Positions 20,700 to 32,877 of a stretch of DNA of 64,000 nt are shown one piece after another. The notes under the pieces were generated by a model. That model was given only the letters and a program-made list of their open reading frames with translations, searched no databases and had not been told where the DNA came from. The DNA comes from Candidatus Latescibacterota bacterium. GTDB taxonomy: Bacteria; Latescibacterota; UBA2968; UBA8231. The stretch is taken from the NCBI GenBank assembly GCA_965223905.1, contig CBDCXV010000011.1, forward strand, positions 576,001 to 640,000. The letters are read 5' to 3'. How positions within the stretch are numbered: position 1 is the stretch's first letter; the number at the start of each line of letters is the position of its first letter. Position numbers and translations under genes: made by a program.

Positions 20700-21365
20700 A
20701 TGGAATTGTTCATCGACACCGCCGACATCGAAGAAGCCCGCGGGGCCGCCTCACTCGGGGTGATCTCGGGAGTTACGACCAATCCCAAGCTGGCGGCCAC
20801 GGCCGAGCCGGGCAGCTTCGAGACCAGGGTCCGCGAAATCCTCGCCTGCTGCCCCGGGCCGGTCAGCGTCGAGGTGGTGGCCGAAGAGGTCGGGGAGATG
20901 CTGGCCGAAGCCGCGGAGTACGCCTCCTGGGATGGACGCATCGTCGTCAAGATCCCGATGTCGCTGGAGGGAGTCGAGGTCATCCACAAGCTCGAACGGG
21001 AGCGGGACATCCGCGTCAACGTCACCTGCATGATGAACTCGAGCCAGGCCCTGATGGCGATGATGGCCGGGGCGACCTACGTCAGCCTCTTCGTCGGCCG
21101 CATCAACGACCTCGGCAGCGATTCGGGCCACGCGATCGGAGAGACGGCCGAATTCATCGAACGGGGCGGGTTCAAGGCCCGCATCATCGCCGGCAGCATG
21201 CGCCAGGTGGGGGATATTCCCCGCGCCTTCCTCGCCGGGGCCCACATCGTCACAACTCCATTCAAGTTCCTGCCGCAAATGGTCCACCACCCGCGCACGA
21301 CCGAGACCATCCGGGAGTTCAAGGAGGCCTGGGACGAGGCACGCCGGAAAGGCGGCTTGTCCTGA
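20700..21365 (+). CDS. tal: Transaldolase (small TalC/FSA family)
   Basis: FIDTA, GVTTNP, VSVEV (Glu), VVKIP (Schiff-base Lys), SLFVGR (Phe); the Glu/Phe pair favours transaldolase over FSA. Confidence 0.85.
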   Translation: MELFIDTADIEEARGAASLGVISGVTTNPKLAATAEPGSFETRVREILACCPGPVSVEVVAEEVGEMLAEAAEYASWDGRIVVKIPMSLEGVEVIHKLERERDIRVNVTCMMNSSQALMAMMAGATYVSLFVGRINDLGSDSGHAIGETAEFIERGGFKARIIAGSMRQVGDIPRAFLAGAHIVTTPFKFLPQMVHHPRTTETIREFKEAWDEARRKGGLS

Positions 21366-21396
21366 CCTCCCCGAGCAGCTGGCCCAGGTGCGGTCC

Positions 21397-22242
21397 ATGA
21401 GCTCCCTGCAGATCGGCGACATCTCCGTTACCCATATCGACGGCGGCCGCTTCCGCCTCGACGGGGGCGCCATGTTCGGGGTCGTGCCGCGGCCCGTCTG
21501 GGAGCCGCTCTGCCCCACCGACGACCGCAACCGGATTCCGATGGCCTGCAACTGCCTGCTGCTCCGCTGCGCCGGCGAGTACCTGCTGGTGGAAACCGGG
21601 TGCGGGGACCGCTTCAGCGAGAAAGAGCGGGACATCTTCGCCATCGGCCCGGGACCCGCCCTCCTCGACAACCTGAGGGACGCGGGAGTGGAGAGCGACG
21701 AAATAACCCATGTCATCCTGACCCACCTCCATTTCGATCACGCCGCGGGCAGCCTGGCCGCGGCGGAGGACGGCAGCCTGCGCCCGGCCTTCGCCAATGC
21801 CGTGTACTGGGTCCAGAGGCGGGAGTTCGAGGACGCCCTGTCGGGGCGCAGCATCATGCGCACCAGCTACGCCGTCGCGGACCTGCGGCGCCTCGCCGAA
21901 AGCGGCCGGATGCGCTTTCTCGACGGCGACTCCGACATCACCGCCGGGGTCCGCACCTGCATCACCGGAGGCCATACCGCGGCTCATCAGGCCGTCGTCG
22001 TCGAGGATGCGGGGCAGACCCTCCTCTACCCCGGCGACCTGGTCCCGACGCGCCACCACCTGTCCCCCTACTGGATCATGGCCTACGACATGTACCCCCA
22101 CGATACCCTGCGGGAGAAGAAACGCTGGATCGAGGCGGCCTGCTCCGGCGAGTGGATCGTCGCCTGGGATCACGATCCCGACTCACCCTGGAGCACCCTG
22201 AGAAGGGATGGAAAGCGAGTCGTCGCCGAAGCGGCCTCCTGA
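21397..22242 (+). CDS. MBL-fold metallo-hydrolase (YtnP-like)
   Basis: LDGGAMFGVVP, THLHFDHAAG, GHTAAHQ, GDLVPT, DHDP. Confidence 0.9.
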   Translation: MSSLQIGDISVTHIDGGRFRLDGGAMFGVVPRPVWEPLCPTDDRNRIPMACNCLLLRCAGEYLLVETGCGDRFSEKERDIFAIGPGPALLDNLRDAGVESDEITHVILTHLHFDHAAGSLAAAEDGSLRPAFANAVYWVQRREFEDALSGRSIMRTSYAVADLRRLAESGRMRFLDGDSDITAGVRTCITGGHTAAHQAVVVEDAGQTLLYPGDLVPTRHHLSPYWIMAYDMYPHDTLREKKRWIEAACSGEWIVAWDHDPDSPWSTLRRDGKRVVAEAAS

Positions 22243-22256
22243 GGGGTTGTGGCGCA

Positions 22257-22285
22257 TTGTGCAGGGCTGGTGCATGCCCTATAAT
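22257..22285 (+). promoter_or_regulatory. Putative sigma-70 promoter for the small ORF at 22322
   Basis: TTGTGC-N17-TATAAT. Confidence 0.55.
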
Positions 22286-22321
22286 TGCGCCCGAAGGCGA
22301 ACGCGGTTCGCCGTCATAGCC

Positions 22322-22558
22322 ATGTCTTTCGAAGTCATCGACCTGTCCGACAAGCACCGCCACCTGCTCAACAAGCTCGGCGAGTTGATCCCGGATCTTA
22401 ACCCCGAGACGCCCGAATCCCTGCAGCGGATCTTCGGCCTCGGGTTGATCGCCCTGACGATGCAGATCACCAGCAAGGCGCGCGCACAGGACAAGGAAGA
22501 TCTGGTCGAGGAACTCGGAGAGCTCGCAAGGGAGATGGTCCAGGCCGAGAAATGGTAA
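22322..22558 (+). CDS. Hypothetical 78-aa helical protein
   Basis: MSFEVIDLSDKHRHLLNKLGEL...; GC3-rich codons; own promoter candidate. Confidence 0.7.
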   Translation: MSFEVIDLSDKHRHLLNKLGELIPDLNPETPESLQRIFGLGLIALTMQITSKARAQDKEDLVEELGELAREMVQAEKW

Positions 22559-22699
22559 CCTCTTCCGGAGTCGAGGCGGCCGCCCCCTGAGCCGGCCACG
22601 AAACGGTCGCCTGAAAGAAGTCTCCCCGCTCCAGCGTAGACATCCGCTTACACCCGCTCGCTTCGCACCACCCCGCAACCTTACCGGCAACTCCCCCTG

Positions 22700-23482
22700 A
22701 TGAAACTGCCGAAAAGCTCAACTGAACTGTTCCGTCTCGATGGCAGGACCGCGCTGGTCACGGGGGCGAGCAAGGGCCTGGGAGAGGTGATGGCTACCGC
22801 CCTTTCCGGGGCCGGGGCCCAGGTCGCGGTCACCAGCCGCCACCTCGAGGAGCTGCAATCGACCGCTGAGGCGATCGAGGCCCACACCGGCAACCCGGTG
22901 TTCGCCATCGAAGCGGACGCCCGCGACCGCGCCCAGGTCGACGCCTCCGTCGCCGCGGTGTGCGATCGTTTCGGCACCATCGACATCCTCGTCAACAACG
23001 CCGGCATCAACATTCGCGGTCCGATCCTCGAGCTGAGCGACGAGCAGTGGCAGACCGTGCTCGATATCAACCTCAGCGGACCGTTCTACTACTGCCGAGC
23101 CGCTGGAGCGGCGATGGTCGAACGCGGGTTCGGGCGCGTCATCAACCTCGGCTCCACCCTCTCCTCCATTTCGATAGCGGGCCGCACTCCGTACGCTTCC
23201 AGCAAGGGGGGAATCGTGCAGCTTACGCGCACCCTCGCCCTGGAATGGGCGCGTTCCGGAATCACCGTCAACGCCATCTGTCCCGGACCGTTTGCGACCC
23301 CGATCAACGAGGTTCTGCTCAAGGACCCCGAAGCGGCGCGGCAGATGCAGTCCAAGGTCCCCATGGAACGCTGGGGCGATCCCGTCGAGCTGGCGACCGC
23401 GGTGCTGTACTTCGCCTCCCCCGCCTCCAGTTTTACGACCGGCTCGACCTTGCTGGTCGATGGCGGGTACGTCAGCTGGTAA
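22700..23482 (+). CDS. SDR oxidoreductase (gluconate 5-dehydrogenase/FabG-like)
   Basis: TGASKGLG, NNAG, YASSK, ICPG, VDGG. Confidence 0.93.
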   Translation: MKLPKSSTELFRLDGRTALVTGASKGLGEVMATALSGAGAQVAVTSRHLEELQSTAEAIEAHTGNPVFAIEADARDRAQVDASVAAVCDRFGTIDILVNNAGINIRGPILELSDEQWQTVLDINLSGPFYYCRAAGAAMVERGFGRVINLGSTLSSISIAGRTPYASSKGGIVQLTRTLALEWARSGITVNAICPGPFATPINEVLLKDPEAARQMQSKVPMERWGDPVELATAVLYFASPASSFTTGSTLLVDGGYVSW

Positions 23483-23498
23483 ATCTGACGGAATCCCG

Positions 23499-24314
23499 AT
23501 GCCGACAGCGGAACTGATAGCGGAAAGCCTGGCGTCTCCCCAGGGCCTGGCGTTCGATGCCGACGATCAGCTTTTCGTCGCCGAGTCCGGGGCCGGTCAG
23601 GTTACGAGGATATCCGAAAGGGGCAGGCTGACCCCTTTCGCCGAGAAAGGGGGGCGTCCGATGGGAATCGCCTTCGACGACTCGGGCGACCTCTTCGTAG
23701 CGGAGAGCGGCAGACATCACCTGCTGCGGGTGTCCCCTGACGAGGCGGTGGAGGTGTACGCCAGCCAGTGCCACGGCCGCCGCTTCTCCGGGCCGCGGGA
23801 TCTCTGTTTCACCCATGAAGGCGGAGTACTGTTCTGCGACACCGGCTCTACGGCCAACCGCGGATCGCTCTTCCACTGCGACCTCAAGGGAGAGGTCGAG
23901 CAGTTGGCGGGAGACCTCGCCTTTCCGGCGGGGCTGGTGCTGCTCGACGACGCGGTGACCCTGTTCGTCTTCGAGCAGGGTGCAGGGCGGATCGTCAGCT
24001 TCGAGCTGGAGGAAGACGGCAGCGCCCGGAACCGCGAGGTGTTCGTCGAACTTGGCGGCGGCGCACCCGGCTCCCTGCTGCTCGATTCCCACGGCATGCT
24101 GCTGGTGGGACAGGAAGGAGTCGGAATCTGCGTCGTCGACCCCGACGGGGCGATCGCCGACAGCTGGGAGATCCCCGGGCGGCATCCGACCGGGATGGCC
24201 TTCGGCGGCATCGACTTCGACCAGCTCTTCGTCAGCGAGGCCTCAGGGGCCGTCTACCGCCTGCAGCTCGACGAGCCCGGCCAGCGGCCGTTCGCCGGAC
24301 CCCGCTCGGTATAG
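23499..24314 (+). CDS. SMP-30/gluconolactonase/LRE beta-propeller protein
   Basis: PQGLAFD, PMGIAFD, FPAGL, PTGMAFGG blade repeats. Confidence 0.85.
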   Translation: MPTAELIAESLASPQGLAFDADDQLFVAESGAGQVTRISERGRLTPFAEKGGRPMGIAFDDSGDLFVAESGRHHLLRVSPDEAVEVYASQCHGRRFSGPRDLCFTHEGGVLFCDTGSTANRGSLFHCDLKGEVEQLAGDLAFPAGLVLLDDAVTLFVFEQGAGRIVSFELEEDGSARNREVFVELGGGAPGSLLLDSHGMLLVGQEGVGICVVDPDGAIADSWEIPGRHPTGMAFGGIDFDQLFVSEASGAVYRLQLDEPGQRPFAGPRSV

Positions 24315-24426
24315 CCGCTCGAACCGGCCGGCGGCAAGACCCCTCTCTCCAGCCCATCTCCCGAGTTTTTCCGCGTGCAGGCCCGGGTGGCCTCCGTCCC
24401 TTTCAGCGTTCGTCCAGTTCCCTCCC

Positions 24427-25233
24427 TCAGGAAGGATCGTTGCGCAAGGCGCGCTTGCAGGCCATGCCGTAGAGGCGGGCGAACAGCCGCGGCGCGTGTC
24501 GCCGCACCCTGATGGCCTGTGCCGACAGCGCATCGGTGATCGACAACCTGCTCTTGCGGCGGATCGCGGCCGCAACCAGCTCCGCGGTCCGGGCGGCGCT
24601 CCTGGAGGGCAGCTGGTCGAAGCGCACCTCCGGGGTGCCGCTTATGGAGGCGAACTCGGAGCGCACCAGGCCGGGCTCGACGGTGGTGACGTCGATGTTG
24701 TCGGCCGCCAGTTCGTGCCTCAAGCTCTCGGCGAGCGCGGTGACGGCGAACTTGGTGCTGCCGTACACGGCGTGGTTCGGCGCCGGGAGCTCCCCGAGCA
24801 CGCTGGAGACGAAAACGAGATGTCCAGAACCCCGCGCCACCATCGCTGGCAGGAAGGCCCGGGTCACGTAGACAACCCCGGTCAGGTTGGTGCGGACAAC
24901 GGCGCCAAGTTCGGCCGGATCGGCTTGAACCAGAGGGCCCCAGGCGCCGCGCCCGGCGTTGTTGACGAGCACGTCGACATGGCCGAACTCGGCCGCCACC
25001 TGTTTTTCCACCTCTTCCACTTCATCCCAGTTCCCGACGTCGCAGACGCACTCGAGCGGCGGCGTGCCCCCGGCCTTCACAATCTCCCCGGCGAGACGAT
25101 GGAGGCGCTCCGCCCGCCTGGCGAGGAGAGTGAGGCGCGCGCCCTCCTGGGCGAGCTGAAGCGACAGGTGCCAGCCGATTCCCGAGCTCCCCCCGGTAAC
25201 GACCATGTGGCTGTCACGGAAAGAAGAACTCAA
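24427..25233 (-). CDS. SDR oxidoreductase
   Basis: TGGSSGIG, NNAG, YGSTK, VEPG. Confidence 0.92.
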   Translation of the reverse strand: MSSSFRDSHMVVTGGSSGIGWHLSLQLAQEGARLTLLARRAERLHRLAGEIVKAGGTPPLECVCDVGNWDEVEEVEKQVAAEFGHVDVLVNNAGRGAWGPLVQADPAELGAVVRTNLTGVVYVTRAFLPAMVARGSGHLVFVSSVLGELPAPNHAVYGSTKFAVTALAESLRHELAADNIDVTTVEPGLVRSEFASISGTPEVRFDQLPSRSAARTAELVAAAIRRKSRLSITDALSAQAIRVRRHAPRLFARLYGMACKRALRNDPS

Positions 25234-25445
25234 ACCTCATCTCCAGGAGAGCCGGGGCCGGTGAGGCCGCCGGGCAGCTGTCGCCGGGGCGCCTGACCGG
25301 CCACCCGGGCCCACTCCTTGCCCGCATGCGCGAAGGCTGCGGCTCCAGACTCCCATCCAACACTCATCAGCTCGCATGGTTCCCGATTTGGGAAATACAA
25401 CTGGATTATTTCCCATAATAGAAATATCTAATATAAATCATTTTA

Positions 25446-25458
25446 AATCAATCAGTTA
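25446..25458 (+). promoter_or_regulatory. IHF consensus site 1 upstream of groES
   Basis: AATCAATCAGTTA matches WATCAANNNNTTR, with an AT-rich 5' flank. Confidence 0.6.
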
Positions 25459-25487
25459 CTACTCATGAGAAAATGGAATAGATCGTT

Positions 25488-25509
25488 TTTTTCTCACTAT
25501 TGAGAAAAA
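25488..25509. promoter_or_regulatory. Perfect inverted repeat, candidate enhancer or transcription-factor site
   Basis: TTTTTCTCA-ctat-TGAGAAAAA; related TTCCC-N5-GGGAA at about 25380-25394. Confidence 0.55.
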
Positions 25510-25542
25510 GTTCATCGCCGGAAGGATTCGGGTTTTATTTCC

Positions 25543-25555
25543 CAACTTATTGATT
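25543..25555 (-). promoter_or_regulatory. IHF consensus site 2, between the palindrome and the sigma-54 promoter
   Basis: Reverse strand AATCAATAAGTTG matches WATCAANNNNTTR. Confidence 0.65.
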
Positions 25556-25586
25556 ATACTGGTCTTTGGAACCATTCGTGATACGG

Positions 25587-25602
25587 TGGCACAATCATTG
25601 CA
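25587..25602 (+). promoter_or_regulatory. Sigma-54 (RpoN) -24/-12 promoter of groES-groEL
   Basis: TGGCAC-AATCA-TTGCA with exact GG-N10-GC spacing, ending 66 nt upstream of the groES ATG. Confidence 0.8.
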
Positions 25603-25668
25603 TGTCAATTGTCCGCCACAACGGAAGGCCACGCGGCCTTCCCTACCCTAACCAAAGGAGACCAACTC

Positions 25669-27610
<1,942 letters not shown>

Positions 27611-27638
27611 CAGCGGGTCGCAGCGTTTCCCGGCAGTG

Positions 27639-27677
27639 GCGGGCGGGGGCTTCGGGCTCCCGCCCGCTTTGCTTTTT
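27639..27677 (+). terminator. Rho-independent terminator after groEL
   Basis: GCGGGCGGGGGC-TTCGG-GCTCCCGCCCGC stem followed by TTTGCTTTTT. Confidence 0.8.
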
Positions 27678-27681
27678 CCCC

Positions 27682-30600
27682 TCAGCGCCCCCGGATGACG
27701 GCGAGCTTTCGCAGCTGCGTTGCACCCTGGTGAGCGACGCGCACCAGGTACAGGCCGGCATCGACCGGTCTCCCTGCCGCGTTGCGGCCGTCCCAGCGAA
27801 CCCCCCCGTCCCCGTCCTCCTCCGACTGCGTCCAGACCACCTCTCCGGAAATCGTCGCCACCATGACCTCGGATGCGACCGGCAGGCCGGCAACGGTGAC
27901 TTCGCCGAGGGCCGGGTCGAACGGGTTGGGAAACACCGATACCCCGGCGAGAGAGGCGGCGGACAGCAGGACGAAAACCGCGCCCTCGATGGCGCGCCCG
28001 GTGCCGTCGGCGAGGTCGACTACGGCGACCTCGTAGCTGCGTCCCGCGGCCCGCAGGGGCGTCTCTTCCGAAAGGACGAGAACGATTCGGCCGTCATCGA
28101 GGATCAGATCCTCGATGCGAACGCGGCCCCCGTCGACGGCGAAGTGGCGGCCGGCGAACCCGGACCCCCCTGCCGCTTCCTCCGCGTTCAACGCGACCGG
28201 CTCGCTGAAGTGCAGGACGAGGCGTGTCGGGGTTTCGGGGTCGGCGCGCACCAGGCGTATCGCCGCGGCCGCCGGGGACAGCTCGAAAAGGAACCGTTCC
28301 GACTCGAGGGGGGTCCCCCTGCTGTTGCGCAGGCCCCGGGTCGCCAGCGCCAACTCCCCCGCGGACGGCAGAGCGGAAAAGGTGAGCAGAACCCGCGTGG
28401 CGCCGGCGTGCACGGCCGCGGAGCCGGGGATGCCGAGGCCCTCGATCCTGTAGCGGAAATGCTCGCCGATCTCCCTGCCCATTTCCGAGTCGAACCACAC
28501 CGACAGCTGGTTTTCCGAGGCGCGCAGGACCGCTTCGATCCGCGGGTTCGGCTCCGGGGTAACGGTGACTTCCCGCGACCGGTGGCCCGCTTCCCCCGAG
28601 AGCGAATCCAGGGCGGCAACCGCGTACCTGTAGGCATTTCCGGCTGAGACGTCCCCGTCTTCATGGCGGGTGTCCCGGAGCGACTCCACCAGAACCTGCA
28701 GGTCCGGCTCATCGCCGTCGGCACGAAACAGGCGGTAACCGCCCGCCGCTGGCACCGCTGTCCACGAGAGCAGGACCGACCGCTCGCCACCGGCATGAGC
28801 CGAGAAGCTCGCCGGCGCATCGAGGCGGGGGGACCGGTTGTCGCCCGAAGGCAGCGAATGCACCTCCAGGGCCTCCCCGGAGTTGGCTACGAGATCGACG
28901 ACCCCGTCGGCGTCGACGTCGGCGACCAGAGGCCGGTACACCCTGGCGACCTCCATGTGCCAGACAGGCTCCATGGCGCCGGAGGGATCCGCTCTCAGCA
29001 CATACAGGTTGGGCACCAGGGCCAGGACGATTTCCGGAACTCCGTCGCCGTCGAAATCCCCGGAGCTGATGCCGTTGCCGGCGCTCGCCCCGGCGACGAC
29101 CTCGGCGCTCCAGCGCGGTTCGTAGCGGTTGTCCCCTGAGGCTTCGTAAACCGCCGCCTTCCATCTCGTCTCCCCCGGGTCGAACAGGTCGGCGGCCAGG
29201 CTGGCGACGGCGAATTCGAGGCGCCCGTCGGCGTCGGTGTCGAACGGCCCTCCCACCACGCGGCTGTCTCCCGATTCCAGGCGCTCGTGCCAGGTGTGGC
29301 GCCAGGTGTCGTCGCCGATGCTCTCGTAGATGAACAGATCCCCGTCCTCGTCCCCGGCGAGCAGCTCGAGGCTGCCGTCGCCGTCGAGGTCCGCGGCGAC
29401 CTGGCGGTCCCCGAGGCCGTCCAGACCCTCCGATGGGTTTGCGAGGGCTCCGGTCTCCGCGAAGGAATCGTCGCCGCGGCTCTCGAAAACGCGGAACTGC
29501 TCGGAGCGGCTGGAGCGCAGGAACATCTCCATGCGCCCGTCCCCGTCCCCGTCAGCCACCTCTCCTCCCCAGACCTGGGTGACCTCGAAGGCCACCTCGG
29601 TCGGAAAGGCGCCGGGCTTCGCGGATTCCAGCAGGCGCACCCGCTCGGCATCGACCGCCATGATCTCCACCCTGTCGTCGCCGTCGAGATCGTGGGCGTT
29701 CCACGGGATGAACGGCCTCGAGGAGAGGTGAACGGCCCTCGAACCGGAGGGCAGCTCGAAGAAGGCGGTCGGATTGTACCCGGCTCCTCCGTAGCCCATC
29801 GCCACGATCTCCGGGATTCCGTCGGCGTCGAAATCGGTCGGCCGCGACAGCAGGTACCCGTCCGGGAGTGTGCCCGATTGCCTCAGCGTCCAGCGGCGGA
29901 TGCCGGTGCCGCCGATGTCGATGTCCAACCTCCCGGCGCTTTCCCAGGCGTCGGCTTCCGGCACCACGACAGCCCTGTACTCTCCGTGCAGGAGATCTTT
30001 CGGCAGGGACACCGAGTGCTCGAGTCGATCGCCGCCAAGGGGAATCTGCAGTACCGTGTCCCCCGATGCGGGCTCGAGAAGAATCACCGTCCCGGCCGCA
30101 GGCGCGCTCGTTTCCCAGCGCAGGATGTCCGTCCACCCCGGTCCGTTCAGGACGCGTTCCAGGCGCAGATCCGACACCGCTGCCGCGTCCTGCCGGAGAT
30201 CGAGCAGAAGCCGCTGCGAATGCCTGTTCCCCCCCGCGACCGCCAGCAGCCGCAGCAGGTATGGGCCAGGGGCGAGTCCCGCTGTAGGCCAGCTGACCTC
30301 GAATCGGTTCTCGCCGGCGCGGGTTCTGCCGCTGTGCAGGAGCTCGGTGGACTCGGGAAACGGGCCCCGGCCCCAGCTGAGGTCGTACTCCACCCCTTCG
30401 CCCCAGACGCGGCCGCGAACCGTAACCTCCCCGGCCCGGACTGCGCCCGAAGCCGGCTCGGTGATGGCGACCGCGGCCGGCTCGCCGATACGGGCTGCCG
30501 CCATCTGGACGAGGCCCGAACCCGACCAGCGGTCCCACCCCGGGGCGGCGATATCTGCAGCGCTGTTCGCCAGGGCGCCGCGCACCTGCACCGCGGTGAG

Positions 30601-31818
30601 CTGCGGCTGGCGCGACCAGGCAACCGCAGCGACCCCTGAGACATGCGCAGCCGCCATCGATGTGCCGGAGCGCTCTGCGTACCCCCCGCCGGGCACCGGT
30701 CCGTGGACGGCGAGCCCGGGGGCGGCGATGTCGACGCTGTATCCCCAGTTGGAGAAAGCGAGCGGCTGACCCTCGTCGTCCGCGGCGGCCACGGCCACGA
30801 CCTCCTCCATACGCGCCGGGTAGAAGACCTCGTCGTTCCCCTCGTTTCCGACCGCGGCCACGACGAGGCAGCCCGCGGAGCGGGCGTAGCGGACGACATC
30901 CCCGATGACGGGGGAGAAAACCGGATCGCCGAAGCTCATGTTGAGTATGTCGGCGCCCTGGTCGACGGCGTACACCGCGGCCGCGGCGATGTCGTCATCC
31001 TCGAGATAACCGGAGCCGGAAACCGTGAAGCCGGCGCGCAGGACCATCACCCTCACCCCCGGTGCGACCCCGGCGACGCCGATGCCGTTGCCCGCCGCGG
31101 CGGCGACGATACCGGCCACGTGCGTGCCGTGCCCGGACTCGTCATCCGGGTCGGGGTCACGGATGCGGAAATCCCCTTCGCCGGGCAGCCCGGGTGCGTC
31201 GGTGAAATCCCAGCCTGTCACGTCGTCGACGTAGCCGTTGCCGTCGTCGTCGACCCCGGCGAGCCCGTCCGCCTCTACCGGGTTGAGCCACAGCTGGGAG
31301 GCGAGGTCGGGATGCTCGCCGTCGATGCCGGAATCGATGATGGCGACGACTACCTCCCCACCCGTTGCAAGCGACTCGTCCCAGCCGATGGCTTCGAGGT
31401 TCCCCTGCTCGGCAAAAAGCGGATCGTTCGGGGGGGAGGCGAAGGAGCGGAGATAGTTGGGGTGGGCTCGCGCCACGACCGCGCGGCCTCGAAGGTCCCG
31501 GGCAACCGCGGCGGGATCGATATCGGCGCTGTATCGCAACAGGCTCCAGGCGGCCATTCCCGAGGCGCCGGCGCGGGCCTTGGCCGCGGCCAGCGGCCGT
31601 GCGGAAACCACGGGGGTCTCCTCGACCCAGCCGTATTCCGGAGGCAACTGGTCGAGCAGCGGCGGCGATCCTGCGGTGATCTTTGCCGCGGTCCCCTGCG
31701 ACCACTGGACCAGGACCTCGCCGGGGGCATACGGGATTTTCTCCGCTGCCGCGGGTCCGGAAACGACAAGCGCCGCGGCCCAGGCGATCGCCGCGGCGGC
31801 GCAGGAAGCCGGGCTCAG
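27682..31818 (-). CDS. Secreted S8 (subtilisin-like) serine protease with FG-GAP repeats, FN3/Ig-like domains and a FlgD-Ig-like C-terminal domain; start uncertain
   Basis: Triad IIDSG / HGTHVAG / SGTSMA; [16 protein letters not shown]; DxDGDG repeats; C-terminal VFPNPF...[16 protein letters not shown]; signal-like N-terminus begins at a CTG overlapping the folE stop. Confidence 0.88.
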   Translation of the reverse strand: MSPASCAAAAIAWAAALVVSGPAAAEKIPYAPGEVLVQWSQGTAAKITAGSPPLLDQLPPEYGWVEETPVVSARPLAAAKARAGASGMAAWSLLRYSADIDPAAVARDLRGRAVVARAHPNYLRSFASPPNDPLFAEQGNLEAIGWDESLATGGEVVVAIIDSGIDGEHPDLASQLWLNPVEADGLAGVDDDGNGYVDDVTGWDFTDAPGLPGEGDFRIRDPDPDDESGHGTHVAGIVAAAAGNGIGVAGVAPGVRVMVLRAGFTVSGSGYLEDDDIAAAAVYAVDQGADILNMSFGDPVFSPVIGDVVRYARSAGCLVVAAVGNEGNDEVFYPARMEEVVAVAAADDEGQPLAFSNWGYSVDIAAPGLAVHGPVPGGGYAERSGTSMAAAHVSGVAAVAWSRQPQLTAVQVRGALANSAADIAAPGWDRWSGSGLVQMAAARIGEPAAVAITEPASGAVRAGEVTVRGRVWGEGVEYDLSWGRGPFPESTELLHSGRTRAGENRFEVSWPTAGLAPGPYLLRLLAVAGGNRHSQRLLLDLRQDAAAVSDLRLERVLNGPGWTDILRWETSAPAAGTVILLEPASGDTVLQIPLGGDRLEHSVSLPKDLLHGEYRAVVVPEADAWESAGRLDIDIGGTGIRRWTLRQSGTLPDGYLLSRPTDFDADGIPEIVAMGYGGAGYNPTAFFELPSGSRAVHLSSRPFIPWNAHDLDGDDRVEIMAVDAERVRLLESAKPGAFPTEVAFEVTQVWGGEVADGDGDGRMEMFLRSSRSEQFRVFESRGDDSFAETGALANPSEGLDGLGDRQVAADLDGDGSLELLAGDEDGDLFIYESIGDDTWRHTWHERLESGDSRVVGGPFDTDADGRLEFAVASLAADLFDPGETRWKAAVYEASGDNRYEPRWSAEVVAGASAGNGISSGDFDGDGVPEIVLALVPNLYVLRADPSGAMEPVWHMEVARVYRPLVADVDADGVVDLVANSGEALEVHSLPSGDNRSPRLDAPASFSAHAGGERSVLLSWTAVPAAGGYRLFRADGDEPDLQVLVESLRDTRHEDGDVSAGNAYRYAVAALDSLSGEAGHRSREVTVTPEPNPRIEAVLRASENQLSVWFDSEMGREIGEHFRYRIEGLGIPGSAAVHAGATRVLLTFSALPSAGELALATRGLRNSRGTPLESERFLFELSPAAAAIRLVRADPETPTRLVLHFSEPVALNAEEAAGGSGFAGRHFAVDGGRVRIEDLILDDGRIVLVLSEETPLRAAGRSYEVAVVDLADGTGRAIEGAVFVLLSAASLAGVSVFPNPFDPALGEVTVAGLPVASEVMVATISGEVVWTQSEEDGDGGVRWDGRNAAGRPVDAGLYLVRVAHQGATQLRKLAVIRGR

Positions 31819-32363
31819 TCCGCGATCAGGGATAGGAACTCGGACCTCGTCTGCCCGTTTTCCCGGAAGCTTCCCAGCATGCGCGAAGTCACCATCTCTG
31901 AGTTCTGCTTCTCCACCCCGCGCATCATCATGCAGAGGTGACGCGCCTGGATGACTACCCCCACCCCGAGGGGATCGAGCAGATCCATCAGCGAGTCGGC
32001 GATCTGCATGGTGAGGTTTTCCTGGATCTGGAGGCGCCGGGCGAACACGTCGACGATGCGCGCCACCTTCGACAGTCCGATCACCCTGCCCCTGGGCAGA
32101 TAGGCTACGTGGCACTTGCCGAAGAACGGCAGGACGTGGTGCTCGCACAGCGAGTACAGCTCGATGTTCTTGACCACCACCATTTCGTCGGAGCAGGAAT
32201 CGTAGATGGCGCCCCCGACGGCCTCGGCCGGGGAGGACCGGTACCCCTGGGTGAGGTAGCCCATGGCCCTTGCCGCGCGCGCGGGCGTATGGGCAAGTCC
32301 TTCGCGTCCGGCATCCTCCCCGATCTGTTCTATCAGCGTCCTGTAGGTGCTCTCCATTCCCAT
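31815..32363 (-). CDS. folE: GTP cyclohydrolase I
   Basis: [45 protein letters not shown]. Confidence 0.97.
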   Translation of the reverse strand: MGMESTYRTLIEQIGEDAGREGLAHTPARAARAMGYLTQGYRSSPAEAVGGAIYDSCSDEMVVVKNIELYSLCEHHVLPFFGKCHVAYLPRGRVIGLSKVARIVDVFARRLQIQENLTMQIADSLMDLLDPLGVGVVIQARHLCMMMRGVEKQNSEMVTSRMLGSFRENGQTRSEFLSLIAD

Positions 32364-32525
32364 TTTCCGCCTCACGTCGAATCGCCTGCGTCTCGTGTCC
32401 GGGCAACCACGAGCGCCGCGGTCGACCGCATGACAATGTACGTTTGAAGGGCCCTGCTCGCAGAGGTACCTTTCGTCGTGCAAGCTGCGATTTCGCCGAC
32501 CTATTACCGGGAGATCCGCATTCCC

Positions 32526-32855
32526 ATGACCGACCTGGCAGCCAGATCCTGCAAGCCGTGCGAAGCCGGCGTGCCTCCGTTGACCGAGGCGGAAATCGAG
32601 GCCCACATCGCCTCCGTCCCCGGGTGGAAAGCGGTCGCCGGCCGCATCGAGAAGAGGTTCCGTTTCCGCAACTATTTCGAGACGATATCGTTCGTCAACG
32701 CCGTTGCCTGGCTCGCCAACAGGGAGAACCACCACCCCGATCTCGAGGTCGGATACAGGGCCTGCAAGGTGAAGTACCGCACCCACGCAATAGACGGCCT
32801 CTCGGAAAACGACTTCATCTGCGCCGCCAAGATCGACCAGCTGCTCGGCGGATGA
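32526..32855 (+). CDS. phhB: Pterin-4-alpha-carbinolamine dehydratase
   Basis: [31 protein letters not shown]. Confidence 0.93.
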   Translation: MTDLAARSCKPCEAGVPPLTEAEIEAHIASVPGWKAVAGRIEKRFRFRNYFETISFVNAVAWLANRENHHPDLEVGYRACKVKYRTHAIDGLSENDFICAAKIDQLLGG

Positions 32856-32877
32856 GCTCTTTCCCAACCCTTGGCAG

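Noticed and set aside
25560-25668. CIRCE element upstream of groES
   Set aside because: The TGGCAC resembles half of CIRCE, but there is no GAGTGCTAA partner; the spacing fits sigma-54.
31819-32436. N-terminal extension of the 1584-aa S8 ORF
   Set aside because: It is an alternate-frame read through folE with non-protein-like composition.
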